Assembly: GCA_977017645.1 (NCBI GenBank)
Contig: OZ360236.1
Location: 26,908,001 to 26,972,000, forward strand
Reading direction: 5' to 3'
DNA length: 64,000 nucleotides
From: Torpedo marmorata
Lineage: Eukaryota
Below, piece after piece: positions 23,871 to 35,993 of this stretch (position 1 is the first letter of the stretch; each line of letters begins with the position of its first letter). Below the pieces are notes generated by a model. That model worked only from the letters and a program-made list of their open reading frames with translations. It ran no database searches and was not told the origin of the DNA. The position numbers and the translations under genes were made by a program.

Positions 23871-25695
23871 GGAGACCTTGGGTGTATAAAATTATGAGGG
23901 GTGTACTTAAGGTGAAAGATAAATGTCAGAATCAGAATTTATTGTCATGAACAAGTCATGAAATTTTCAGAATCTAACAGTTCTTTCTACAATAAGGTTC
24001 CTGTAAAGTATTGAAGAAATGGAGAAACAGTAATATTTTTATTCACTTGACTTTCATCTGGGTACATAGATATACACAGACTTTCAGAAATTTCCAGAAT
24101 TAAGCTGGGGTACTGTTACTCAACTCATGTGCCAGGAAGATCTGAAATCCCATCGATTGAGATAGGAGTTAAAGGGATATGGATTTGGATGCTGAGAAGG
24201 ACAAGTTGCTTCTTGTCACTTATTTCACTTTAATTTCACGCTATTTAATTAATTAATAATCATCCTTAAATGGTGTAAGGTTACTTTATTTAAAAGTATT
24301 TAAAATATTTTACATTTTTATATTTTCACATAGTTATTTCACTCTTAAAAGTGGTTTAAAATGACATCCAACTTTCATAGCCAGCAAACTGGAGTGTGAA
24401 ACCCTTCAAGGTAGTTTGTGCTACAGGACTTCCACCACTTGTCATGTTTTCTTATGACAGAGCAGAAGAACATTTGGCCATCAAGTCTATGTTGGCTCTC
24501 AGGGGAATCCCATTCCCTCATCAGCCATTCAATGACACACCCATCAACTATCCCCTACTTCTCCTACCACCCCACTTCACTGCGTAAGTTTACAAAACCA
24601 ATTACATTTTTCATCTGTGGGTTGAGGTCTTTTTGCAACTGAGATTATGTAGCTAGAATCCATGATGCATCAGTCTATCAAGATTGGCTCTTCACTGCCA
24701 TACAGTATGGTGGGGCGATGCTGGATTTAGAGTTTCTATCAATATTGTCTGGTTCAAAGTCTCAGGAGAAGTTTATCGCACAATATTACAGGAGGGTGGG
24801 ACATGAAGGTGTAACTTTTGGATAGCAAAATCGAACATTTGGCTAAGTCTTAAAAAATAACGGACTCCAAACTAATTAATCTTCTGATACATAACTCCAT
24901 GCTATCACATTCTAATTGCTAGATTTGAACAATCTTTGAAAGCCATGAAATTTAGAGATTTATGTTTAGCTTAGGGCAAAGTACTTACAAGGGGATTGAC
25001 GTTTTGTCATACATGGAGTTATTTTATGTGACATTTATTGACGTTAAAATGTTACCATTGGCTATGATCCAGCATTCCTCATGATTAGTACTAATTTGTA
25101 TTCTCAACACTGTTTTAAATGAGCTTTCAAGGATCATAAGATTGTGAAATTTCACTGCACAATGATGGCTATTCTCTTCACCGTTAAAGTGGCAGCTCTC
25201 TTAAAAAGAAACATGTTTAGATTTATTTCCCTTTTGATTTTCTTTTTCTTTTTTTCATTTTATATAGAATGTTTAGAATGTTGCATCTGTGCCCGTGGAT
25301 CTTTCTGGAAGGATTTTCTCTTGTTGGTGCCATTACCCATTTGCTTACACAAATCATATTTGTTAAATATCGAAATGAACATATCTACATCCTTCACCAG
25401 AATATGGACAGGTGATATACAGGAATTCAAACCCAATTCTTAAATGTCAAATCTGTCCTTACAAAGTCAAGACCATAATTTCAGCAAATACAATTGAATC
25501 TGTCATATGGAAGCAGCAAATAAGTTTTGCCTTTTATATATCAGATAATATGTTGAAATATATACCGTATATTTCGACGTATAAGTCGAGTCTTGAAACC
25601 CTCAAAAATCTCTCAAAAAACAGGGGTCGACTTATACGCCGGATGTACTTTTGAGACCTTAAAATCAGCTCAAAAACCACTCCACGCCAATTCAG

Positions 25696-25812
25696 CGTAT
25701 AAGTCGACCCTTGAAAACCCGATTTGGCATATGTCGACCCTTGAAAACCTGATTCGGCGTATAAGTCGACCCTTGAAAACCCGATTCGGCGTATAAGTCG
25801 ACCCTTGAAAAA
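25696..25812. repeat. Subterminal tandem repeats of the pogo element, about 30-32 bp x4
   Basis: GCGTATAAGTCGACCCTTGAAAACCCGATT(C/T)G repeated head to tail; the core matches the inner TIR. Confidence 0.9.
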
Positions 25813-25874
25813 CCAAAAAAAAACCTGACTGCAACAAATTTTCATTGACATTTTTATTGAAAACAACAAGACAT

Positions 25875-27200
25875 TTAGAACCCTTCAAAATCACTTTCGC
25901 TATCATCGTCTGAGGCAAAGATCTCAGCAAGCACATCCGGGGTCTCACTGTTTAAACAGTCATCGTACGGGTCCCAGTCTGTATCTGATGAGGCGGCTTC
26001 AGCTTCGTCGTCAGTGTCCCACAATAAATCATCTTCCGTACCATCAATTGCACAAGAGATACCGCACTTTTTAAACGATTTTATTACAGTCTCTACTTTC
26101 ACTTTGTCCCATGCCTTGAGCACTAAGTCACACAGCATATCAAGTGATGCAGCACGCATTGCCCCGCCTTTTATAAATGATTTTTCTGCACTCGTCATCC
26201 ATGTATTCCACTCTTCACGCACATGGTCTTTGAATTCCTTGTTCAAGCAGACATCGAGAGGTTGCAATATAGACGTCAAACCACCCGGGATAACCGCCAT
26301 GTAATTATTATGTTGCGCTAATCTACTTTTAGTGTTCTCAGTTAAGTGGCTACGAAACATATCCCAGACCAGCAAACTCCATTCCTTGCGTAAACCGCCT
26401 GGCCGCCTGTTCCACACATTGTCTCTCCATAGTTTTACACCGTTTCCATCCATCCATCCTTTTTCATGAAAATGTACAAAAGTACCCGCAGGGAATTTTA
26501 TTTTAGGTTTAAATTTATGTTTGAAGATTACCATGTGTCTTAACTTTGTCCCGTCGGCCATGCACGATAACACCACGGTAAACCTGGTCTTTTCATGGCC
26601 TGTACTCCTGGTTTGCACGGTTTTCACACCTTTCCATTCCACTGTTCTATTGCCTATCATGTCAAAATTCATAGAGGTTTCGTCCATGTTTCGAATATTT
26701 GCCAATGCAAACTTGTGTTTCTGCCGATTACATAAAATAAACTGGTGAAAACTTATAACTTTATGATCAAGATCTTTTGGTAGTTTCTGAGCAATTTTTG
26801 TTTTTTGTCGTAATACCAGATTTTTCCTGTTCATGAAACGGTTGCACCAGCCGACTGTCGCTTCAAAATCATTACTGAGTTCTGGGTGCGAATTTGCCCA
26901 CTTCAGTGCAAATGTTCTTATTTTATTTCGGGTGACAATGTAGCAATCTTGCCTCTGTTCACGTACCCATGCTGCGACATGATTTTCCAACTCTGGCCAA
27001 CGAGTGATTCCTCTTCTCATCGAACATTGCCTTTTTGGTATTTTTCATAAAGTATCTTCTTTCTTCCTCCAATCTCTTACCAACTTCTCATATATATCAA
27101 ATTTTCTTGCAGCAGCACAGTTGTTGGTTTTCTTGGCCATTTCTATTACTTACAATTTTAAACTCACCTCATACTTTCGTCGTTTCAATTAAGCCTCCAT
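25875..27200 (-). pseudogene. pogo transposase (Brinker-like HTH, CENP-B HTH, DDE_1), three nonsense codons in the N-terminus
   Basis: 381-aa open part (25875-27020) has GWCNRFMNR, NMDET, WDMFRSH and QPLD with 35 residues between the last two Asp; the in-frame upstream part reads MEA*LKRRKYEVSFKL*VIEMAKKTNNCAAARKF...VRDWRK...TL*. Confidence 0.88.
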
Positions 27201-27469
27201 GATAATAATCACCTCCAGCTAACGCCCAGCAGCTCAATCTGCGCGATCGTTGTGGGTCGACCTATACGCCGGTCAATGCCCAGCATCTCAGGCATCGCGA
27301 TTTTTGAGGGTCGACTTATATGCCGGATATACAATAAAACCATTAAAATGAGGCTGAAAAAGGGGGGTTGGCTTATCCGCGAGTCGACTTATACTCCGAA
27401 ATATACGGTATATCAGTAATATCAGTATATCAGTAATCCACTGCAATTTTAAACAAAGATTCAGGGAAC

Positions 27470-27845
27470 ACTGCCAAACAAGGCAAAGCTGAATAGGCTG
27501 GGACTTTTCTCTCTGGAGTGTAGGAAGTGAATGAGGACTTCCAGGTAAAATCATGAAAGCCATAGATAAGGCCTTTTCCAGGGTAGGGATATCCAAAACT
27601 AGTTGATATAGATTGAGATAAGAGGGGAAAGATTTAAAAGGGACCTGAGGGGCATTTGTTTCACACAGAGGGTGGTGGGTCTATGGAACGAGATGCTGGA
27701 GGAAGTGGTGAATTTTGACAGGTACATGGATAGCAAAGGTTTAGAGTAATATGGGCCCAATGCAGACATATGGGATGAGGTTGGTTGGCATGACTAAGTT
27801 GGGCCGAAAGTCCTGTTTCTGTATTGTAAACCTCCATGATTCCAA
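27470..27845 (+). mobile_element. CR1-clade LINE, 3' fragment
   Basis: Typical CR1 3' end (ctgggacttttctctctggag...acacagagggtggtgg...gggccgaaagtcctgtttctgtattgta). Confidence 0.75.
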
Positions 27846-27858
27846 TAACTATTAGCTT

Positions 27859-28546
27859 TGCTATGGACCATGGACTGACCTTTTGGACTGTGGACTGTCA
27901 TTATAAAGAATGGAATTCTGCTGAGAACTCTGTGTGACTTGTGGTACAGCTGAGTGCTGACTCGCCAAGGTCGAGCTGTGCAGACAGGGAGACAATGGAA
28001 CGGCAGTTGGAACGGAACTTGGAGCAGAAGAACGGCAGTTGGAGCGGAAGAGGGAAGCTGGAGAGCTGTGTGAAATGCACATGCCTCATGTGAGGAAGGG
28101 TTAAAAACTACACTTTGTGAACCAAGGGAAGTCACCTGAGGAAGCCTGAAAAAGGCTTTGTAAGCTTACTGCAACGCAACATCAGTCATTTCTCTCTCCA
28201 ACATTCAATATGACGTTCTTTGTTATCAGTTAAACAACTGAACTTGGACATTGAACTTTGAGATTGAATTTTGTGGACTGTGTTTTTTTGGACTGACTTA
28301 TGTGACTGACTGACCTGGTGTTTTGGGGATTATTCCTTTTTGAATATTGGGCACAGACTGTGATGGTCTGGGTTTTTCACATACACGCTGTTTATAAATA
28401 TATGATATCTGTATATTTGCTATAGATACTTATAGTGGGGTTAATTTTGTTTAGACATTATATTGTTAATAGTCATTAATAAATATAGAGTTAAAATTTA
28501 ACCCTTTGAATTGCGTCTTCTCTTGTTGCTAGTTTAAGTTGTAACA
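27859..28546 (+). repeat. 5' LTR of the Gmr1-like element
   Basis: TGCTATGG...GTAACA; direct repeat of 34296-34996. Confidence 0.9.
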
Positions 28547-28549
28547 AAG

Positions 28550-28561
28550 TGGGGGCTCGTC
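28550..28561 (+). promoter_or_regulatory. Primer-binding site, tRNA-Pro type
   Basis: TGGGGGCTCGTC lies 3 nt after the 5' LTR and matches the start of the canonical tRNA-Pro PBS TGGGGGCTCGTCCGGGAT. Confidence 0.8.
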
Positions 28562-30690
28562 ACCCAGGATACAGACAAATTTGGGAGCTTAGAGGTCGAT
28601 TTATTAGTGATCAATCGACTGAGTCTGAATCAAGCTGGAGCTTGGTGATTGATGGAATTCCAGTCTGGTCTTGGAAATTCCTTTGGTAAAGATAATTAAA
28701 AGCTAGTGTGTGTGTGAAATCAACAGCAACAAACCAGCAGCCATGGATATAGAGGGATTTTTGGCATTACCCTTTCTTGAGAATTTGAAAAAGCCTAAAA
28801 AGCACGAGCTGGTGACTATTGCCAACAAGTTGGCAATTGCTTCAGTAGAACCACAAATGGAAAAAGGTGGAGATAGGGAGTAAAATTGCAAAATACTACA
28901 TAGAAGAAGGAAAGTTTGACAAAGAAGTGTTAGAGCAGTTTCCCAAGGGTAAAACTTCTAAGAAAATACAGTTGGAATTAAAAAGATTAGAATTGGAGTC
29001 AGCCAAAAGACAAAAGAGATTGGAAATGAAACTGAGGCAGAGGAGAAAATTAGGCTACATGAGCTGGAAATTATTAGAGTGAAAAATGACAGGAAAAAGA
29101 AGAGACCCGAGATCAAATTCTTGGTCATGGTGAGGGGTTTATGGCAAGTAGAGAAGTTAGGTTGGTTCCTCCATTTGAGGAAGCTGAGATGGATAAATAT
29201 TTTCAGCATTTTGAAAAAGTGGCTGTGAATTTAAATTGGCCACAAAACCAATGGTCTCTTAAGTTACAAAGTGTAATTAAAGGGAAAGCTCAACAAGCTT
29301 ATTCTGCCCTTACCACAGAGCAAGCTGATAATTATGAAATTGTGAAACAAAACTATACTCCAGGCTTATGAGTTAGTTCCAGAGGCTTACAGACAGAAGT
29401 TCAGGAATTTTAAAAAATCAACAACTCAATCTTATACAGATTTTGCTTATGAAAAGGTTGTGTGTTTTGTCCAGTGGTGCACATTGAAGACTGTAAACAA
29501 TGATTATAATCGACTGAGAGAATTGATAATAATTGATGAGATTAAAAGATGTGTTTCTGATGATATTAAAGCATATTTGGATGAGAAGGAGTTGAAAATT
29601 TGGCAGGAGTCAGCTAAGTTAGCAGATGAATATGCTTTAACACATAAGCCTAAGTGGACATGAGGCAAAATTTTTCAAAAGTGCACTGTGGATAATCCAA
29701 GTAAGGTGGAGAGTAAATTTGGAAGTAGTATTACGAGTAAAGATGAATGGAAGTTGGTAAAGGAAAAACCTTCGGGTCCACTGTGCCACTACTGTAAGAA
29801 GGTTGGTCACATGATAGCAAGTCGTCCTGTGCTGAAAAAGAAGAGAGAAAAATAGGTAGCACCGAATGCTTGTATTCAAATTGAAAAGAGGTATAAAAAC
29901 AAAGAAGGATTCAAATTTACTGATAAAATTAGGGATGTATTCAAACCTTTTGTGACTGAGAGTTTGGTTTCAGTTAAAGAAGGGTTAAAACAAGTGCCAG
30001 TGAAAATCTTGTGAGATACTGGGGCTGCTCAGTCACTTGTGTTAGACAATGTTTGGGAATTTGGTGAAGAAACTAATACCGGCAAAATAAATTTGAATAG
30101 AGGTATCGGAAGTGATACTGAGCCCATTCCTTTGCACAGAATAGTGTTAAAATCAGCCTTGGTTAATGGACGTATTACAATAGGAGTGAGGTCGAATTTG
30201 CCAGTGGAAGGAGTCTCACTGCAGCTAGGCAATGACTTGGCGGAGGGTAAGGTTGTTCCTGCAGTGCGATTGACAGCTAAGCCAGTCATTGATGAGTCAG
30301 AGAGGGACTCTGATATTTACCCAGCTTGTGCTATAACAAGGGAAATGTCTAAAAAAAATGTCAATGCAGATAAGGCTGTGAAAAATGATTTAATGGAAAA
30401 TAAAGTCTGTGATAATCAAAAACAGCATTCAGGTGGAAATGACTTGGTAAAGGTTGAGCAATCTTCTTTATTAGAGCCAAGCACTGATAGTAAACCTAAA
30501 TGTACAGATTTGTCACTATCCAGACAGGAGTTAATAACAAGGCAAAATGAGGATCCTGATCTTGCTGAGGTGAGGGATAAGGCTCTCTCTGACGAGGAGA
30601 TTAAGAAAGTGCCAGTGGGTTATTATGTCAAAGATGGAGTATTGATAGGGAAGTGGAGACCACATGATGTTCCTGCCAGTGAAGATTAGG

Positions 30691-31555
30691 CAAGTCAAGT
30701 CAAGTCAAGTCACCTTTATTTGTCATTCACTACCATATACACAGTAAAGATGAGATAGTGTTTCTCCAGGACCATGAGCAAATTTACATAAATAGCATAA
30801 TACAATAAAAAAAACTATAACATGTTAATACACATATATATGTAAAAATTGAGGAACGTGTTGGCTTGGGGAAAAAAAAACTGTTGCACAATCTGGACGT
30901 GTGAGCACGAATGCTTTGGTACCTCCTTCCAGATGGCAAAAGGGAGAAAAGTTTACAAGAGGGGTGTGAGAAGTCCTTTACAATGTTATTTGCCTTTCGC
31001 ATGCATCCTGTGTTGTAGATGTCCGTCATGGTTGGAAGAGAGACACCAATAATTTTCTCCGCTGACCCCACTATCCTCTGCAGGGTCTTATGGTCTGAGA
31101 TGGTACAGTTTCCAAACCAAGCGGTGATGCAATTGCTCAGAATACTCTCAATACATCCCCTGTAGAATGCAGTAAGGATGGAGGGAGGAAGATGAACTTT
31201 CCTCAGCCTTCGCAGGATGTAGAGGCGCTGCTGGGCTTTCTTGGCTATGGAACTGGTGTTGAGGGACCAGGTGAGATTCTCCGCCAAGTGCACTCCAAGA
31301 AACTTGGTACTCTTGACGACCTCAACGGTAGAGCCGTCCATGGTCAATGGAGAGTGATCCCCCCGGGCCCTCTTGAAGTCGACAACTAGCTCTTTTGTTT
31401 TATTTACATTCAGATGAAGGTTGTTGGCTCCACACCAGTCCATTAGCGACTGCACCTCATCTCTATACACTGACTCATCGTTCTTTCTGATAAGGCCCGT
31501 AATGGTCGTATCATCAGCGAACTTGATGATGTGATTCGGGCTGTGTTTTGCTGCA
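30691..31555 (-). mobile_element. Rex1/Babar-like LINE, second subfamily, inserted in the Gmr1-like pol
   Basis: IIKFADDTT near 31.5 kb and 228-aa ORF 30784-31470 (NKTKELVVDF...[13 protein letters not shown]...LLPSGRRY); (ACTTG)n tail at 30691-30711. Confidence 0.9.
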
Positions 31556-34295
31556 CAGGTTGTGATCCCTAAAGGTTGTGCAGCAGGTTGTGATCCCTAA
31601 AGCCTATAGGGATGAAATTATAACTTTGGATCATAGCACACCCTTCAGTGGTCACCATGGGGTGAAGAAAAGTATGGATAAGACAATGAAACAATTTTAT
31701 TGGCCTTGTTTAAGAGAGGATGTTGTAAGCTTTTTCCGGGCCTGTCACACTTGTCAGGTGGTGGGTAAACCTAATCAGGGTCCCCGGTGGCACCCTTACA
31801 ACCTATCCCTGCTTTCAGTGAGCCTTTCTCGAAAGATATTGTGGACTGTGTTGGCCCATTGCCCAAAGCCAAAGCTGGGAATCAGTATTTGTTGACAATT
31901 ATCTGTGTAGCCACAAGGTGTCCGGAGGCCATTCCTCTGAGAAACATTAAAGCAAAGGCAAATGTGAAGGCTTTGTTAAAGTTTTTCACCTCTGTTCGCC
32001 TGCCTAGAGAAATTCAGTCAGATCAAGGGAGTAATTTTATGTCAGGCTGATTCCAACAAGTGGTTTATGAATTGAGAGTTAAGCAGATTGTATCTTCTGC
32101 ATACCATCCAGAGAGTCAAGGGGCCTTGGAGAAGTTCCATTTGACACTGAAAAACATGATGAGAACATTGTTTTGAGAATGAAAAGGATTGGGATGAAGT
32201 GGTTCATTTGCTTTTATTTGCAGTAAGGGAGTCTGTCCAAGAATCACTTGGTTTTAGTCCATTCGAGTTGGTTTTTGGACATGAGGTGAGAGGTCCTTTA
32301 ATGTTATTAAAGAAATAGTGGGTTAATAATAATGTGCATTTAAATTTGTTGGATTTTGTCTTTAAATTTAAGGATCAGTTGCATAAAGCTTGTGAAATGG
32401 CAAAGGAGAATTTAAAGGCTACTCAACAGAAGATGAAGGTTTGGTATGATCGCAAGGCAAAGATGAGAAATTTTAAACCTGGTGACAAAGTTTTGGTTCT
32501 GTTTCCTACACATTCAAATCCTCTTAGGGCTAGGTTTTCCTGATCATATGAAGTTAAGTCTAAAATTAATAAAGTCACTGATGTTATTGAAACGCCTAAT
32601 CGCAGACGAGATACTCAGGTCTATCATGTAAATATGATTAAGTCATATTTTGAGCAGAAGCCTCACAGTGAGACTGCACGTTCGTCAGAGGTGATGGTTA
32701 TCGACCAGGATTATGAGGAGACAAATAAAACAAGTTTCAGGGAAGGTCATGGGACACAAAAATTGATCAGCCTGAGGTTGGAAAATTCCATGGTTTTGCA
32801 GGACCTGGAAACAAAGTTGGCTCATCTCCAAACTTCAGAAAGGAAGAAAAATGAGACAGTTACTTTTAAAAGTTGAGAATTTATTTCCAGATGTACCTCA
32901 GAGAATTTCCATAGCTTATCATGATGTTGATGTAGGTGATGCTAGACCTATTAAACAGCATCCCTATCAGATGAATATGAAAATGTGCAGACTAGTAGAT
33001 CAAGAAATTGACTACATGTTGAAGAATGGGATAATTAGAAAGTCTACTTAAAATTGGAGTTCACCTTGTGTTTTAGTGCCTAAGCCAGATGGAACTGTTA
33101 GGTTTTGCACTGACTATAGGAAGGTAAATGCTGTGACAAAGACAGATGCTTATCCTATTCCTAGAATAGACGATTGTATAAACAAGGTGGGGAAGGCCAA
33201 ATTTCTTACTAAAATTGACTTGTTGAAAGGTTACTGGTGTGTTCCTTTAATAGATAGGGGTAAAGAGATTTTTGCATTTGTAACACCTTCTGGGCTGTAT
33301 GAGTACAATGTCATGCCCTTTGGAATGAAGAATGCTCCAGGGACATTTCAAAGAATGATTAATTCTGTAATTCAGGGGTTGAAGCACACAGGTGCTTACA
33401 TTGATGATTTAGTTATAAGTAGTGACACGTGGGAAGAGCATGTCCTTGAGTTAGAAGAATTGTTTAATCGACTTTCAAAAGAAAATCTCACAGTTAATTT
33501 AAGTAAAAGTGAGTTTGGTCATGCGACTGTTATTTATCTGGGTTATGTCGTAGGACGGTGGCAGTTGGCGCCAGTTGAGGCAATGGTTTTGACTATCTCT
33601 GAGTTCCCTGTTCCAATTAGTAAGAAAACTCTTCTTGGGAATGATTGGCTTCTATCGCAAGTTTTGTAAAAACTTTGCAGATATTACACTCCCTCTAACA
33701 AATCTGCTTAAGAAGGGAGAAAAATTTGTCTGGTCAAAATGTTGCCAAGAAGCATTTGTAAAATTGAAGGCCATTTTATGCCACCAACCTGTGCTTAAGT
33801 CACCTGACTTAGAGAAACCTTTTTCTTTAGCCGTGGATGCCAGTGATGAAGCTGTGGGTACGGTGCTGTTACAGAAGAAGAATGATGATGATATTGACCA
33901 TCCTGTATCCTACTTCTCGAAGAAGTTTAATGATCATCAGAAGAACTATTCCACCATAGAGAAAGAGTTGTTAGCTCTTGTGTTGGCTCTACAACATTTT
34001 GATGTTTACATTTGTACAGCTCAAAAACCGCTTATGGTGTATTCTGATCATAATCCATTGTTTTTTTTTGTGTAAAATGAAGAATAAGAATAGACGCATG
34101 TTAAATTGGAGTTTGATTTTACAAGTATGATTTGATGATAAAGCACATTAAGGGAAAGGATAATATGATTGCTGATTGTCTTTCTAGATGCTAAACTTTG
34201 TAAATGAAATTATTTACTGTGTGTGCTTGTAGATGAACATAGTGTTTTGCTTTATATTGTTCTTACAGACCAAAATTTTCTTTGTGGGTGAGAGG

Positions 34296-34996
34296 TGTTA
34301 TGGACCATGGACTGACCTTATGGACTGTGGACTGTCATTATAAAGGATGGAATTCTGCTGAGAACTCTGTGTGACTTGTGGTACAGCTGAGTGCTGACTC
34401 GCCAAGGTCGAGCTGTGCAGACAGAGAGACAATGGAACGGCAGTTTGAACGGAAGTTGGAGCGGTATTTGGAGCAGCAGAATTGCAGTTGGAGTGGCAGA
34501 GGTCAGCTGGAGAGCTCTGTGAAATGCACATGCCTCATAAGTGAGGAAGGGTTAAAAACCACACTTGAGAACCAAGGAAAGTCATCTGAGGAAGCCTGAA
34601 AAAGGATTCGTAAGCTTACTGCAATGCAACATCAGTCATTTCTCTCTCCAATGTTCAATATGACATCCTTTGTTATCAGTTAAAGAACTGAACTTGGACA
34701 TTGAACTTTGAGATTGAATTTTGTGGACTGTTTTTTTGGACTGACTTTCTTGACTGACTGACCTGGGGTTTTGGGGATTTTTCCTTTTTGAATATTGGGC
34801 ACAGACTGTAATGGTATGGGTTTTTCCACATACACACTGTTTATAAATATATGATATCGGTATATTTGCTATAGATACTTATAGTGGGGTTAATTGTGTT
34901 AAGACATTATATTGCTAATAGTCATTAATAAATATAGAGTTAAAATTTAACCCTTTTGAATTGCGTCTTCTGTTGTTGCTGGTTTGAGTTGCAACA
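34296..34996 (+). repeat. 3' LTR of the Gmr1-like element
   Basis: TGTTATGG...GCAACA, preceded by a purine-rich PPT GTGGGTGAGAGG. Confidence 0.9.
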
Positions 34997-35211
34997 AATG
35001 TTTGATTATCAACTATAATCAAAGAACATTGGTTGTATCTATCAGATTCACAATGTTACCCTTCCCTCTCTGCTCCTCTATGCTATGAGCTAAGTGCTGT
35101 TCTCACTTAAAAATGTCAATAATTGACAATCTGAAGAGGTACAACTTCTGGTGAATAATCAGGTTACCCTACCGGAGCAGACCTTTCATAGTTGTAACAT
35201 ATTACTTTTGA

Positions 35212-35470
35212 AGCGGTTAGCGCAACGCCTTTACAGCGCCAGCGATCGGGACCGGACCTGGGTTCGAATCCCGTGCTGTCTGTAAGGAGTTTGTGCATTC
35301 TACCCCATGTCCGCATGGGTTTTCCCCGGGGGCTCCGGTTTCCTCCCACCCTTCAAAAATGTACCGGGGTGTAGGTTAATGGGGTGTAAAATGGGCGGCA
35401 CGGACTCGTCGGGCCGAATTGGCCTGTTACAGTGCTGTATGTCTAAATTTTTAAAAATTTAAATTTCAAA
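35212..35470 (+). mobile_element. tRNA-derived V-SINE (HE1-like)
   Basis: Box B GGTTCGAATCCC, V-core, CR1-like tail gggccgaattggcctgttacagtgctgtatgtct, then an A/T-rich end. Confidence 0.88.
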
Positions 35471-35739
35471 AAAGGACAATCCCATTTGCCATTACCAGCC
35501 GAAGTGCAGCTTTGCCTTTGATCTAACAAGTTTCACTCTTCTTTCCTCCTCGCCTGAACAAACAGAACTCCTTTCCCCTCTCCAGACTGTTGCATGCATA
35601 AATTCTTCCTTACAATTTTAATATGTTACCAATGAACAATTTTGAATGATATTTCAGGTGGTCCAACACATGTTTAACAATTACAATGGGGTTTCAGGTA
35701 GGAAGGCAGTTTCAGTGGTGTTATGTATTCACAATAGGG

Positions 35740-35993
35740 TTATACAGCACCAATAGCCTGAATACGACTGGGATTGTCTGATCTCAGAAGCTAAGCAGGC
35801 ACAGGACTGGTCAGTACTTGGAGGGGAGACCGCCAAGGAACACCAGGTGCTGTAGGTTTCTGTGAGGGGCGCTGGACAAAATAGCGACCCTTTGTCTGCC
35901 TTACGGTAGACAAAAATTAAAGAATTTCATGTATGTTACATTCTAAATGTAGTATTACGTGACAATAATGGAACCTTTACCTTTACCTTTTAC
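35740..35993 (+). mobile_element. 5S rRNA-derived SINE (SINE3-type)
   Basis: 35740-35859 aligns with 5S rRNA (GTCTGATCTCAGAAGCTAAGCAGG...TGGTCAGTACTTGGAGGGGAGACCGCC...GGTGCTGTAGGTTT), followed by a body of about 130 bp with hairpins and a GTGACAATAATGGAA(CCTTTA)n tail. Confidence 0.8.

Larger units (their letters stand above)
25565..27408 (-). mobile_element. pogo-superfamily DNA transposon (DD35D, Passer/POGK-like), full length but inactivated
   Basis: About 25-bp TIRs CCGTATATTTCG(AC/GA)GTATAAGTCGA flanked by TA on both sides (25563-25564, 27409-27410); internal TATAAGTCGAC repeats at both ends. Confidence 0.92.
27859..34996 (+). mobile_element. Gmr1-like Ty3/Gypsy LTR retrotransposon, full length and degraded (gag-PR-IN-RT-RH)
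   Basis: Two LTRs of about 690-700 bp; gag (VRLVPPFEE...YFQHFEKVA; CHYCKKVGH); protease DTGAAQS near 30015; integrase (H...GHHG, CHTCQVVGK, DCVGPLP, SDQGSNF) at 31.6-32.3 kb lies upstream of RT (RFCTDYRKVN, YIDD) and RNase H (VDAS, YSTIEKE) at 33.0-34.2 kb; many stops and frameshifts. Confidence 0.92.

Noticed and set aside
25696-25812. CRISPR-like array
   Set aside because: Head-to-tail repeats without unique spacers, inside a pogo transposon in a eukaryotic context; no cas genes.
27861-34599. Duplicated short ORFs at 27.8-28.1 kb and 34.3-34.6 kb as paralogous genes
   Set aside because: They are translations of the two LTR copies.
35740-35859. Functional 5S rRNA gene
   Set aside because: Many substitutions, single copy rather than an array, and directly fused to a SINE-like body and tail.
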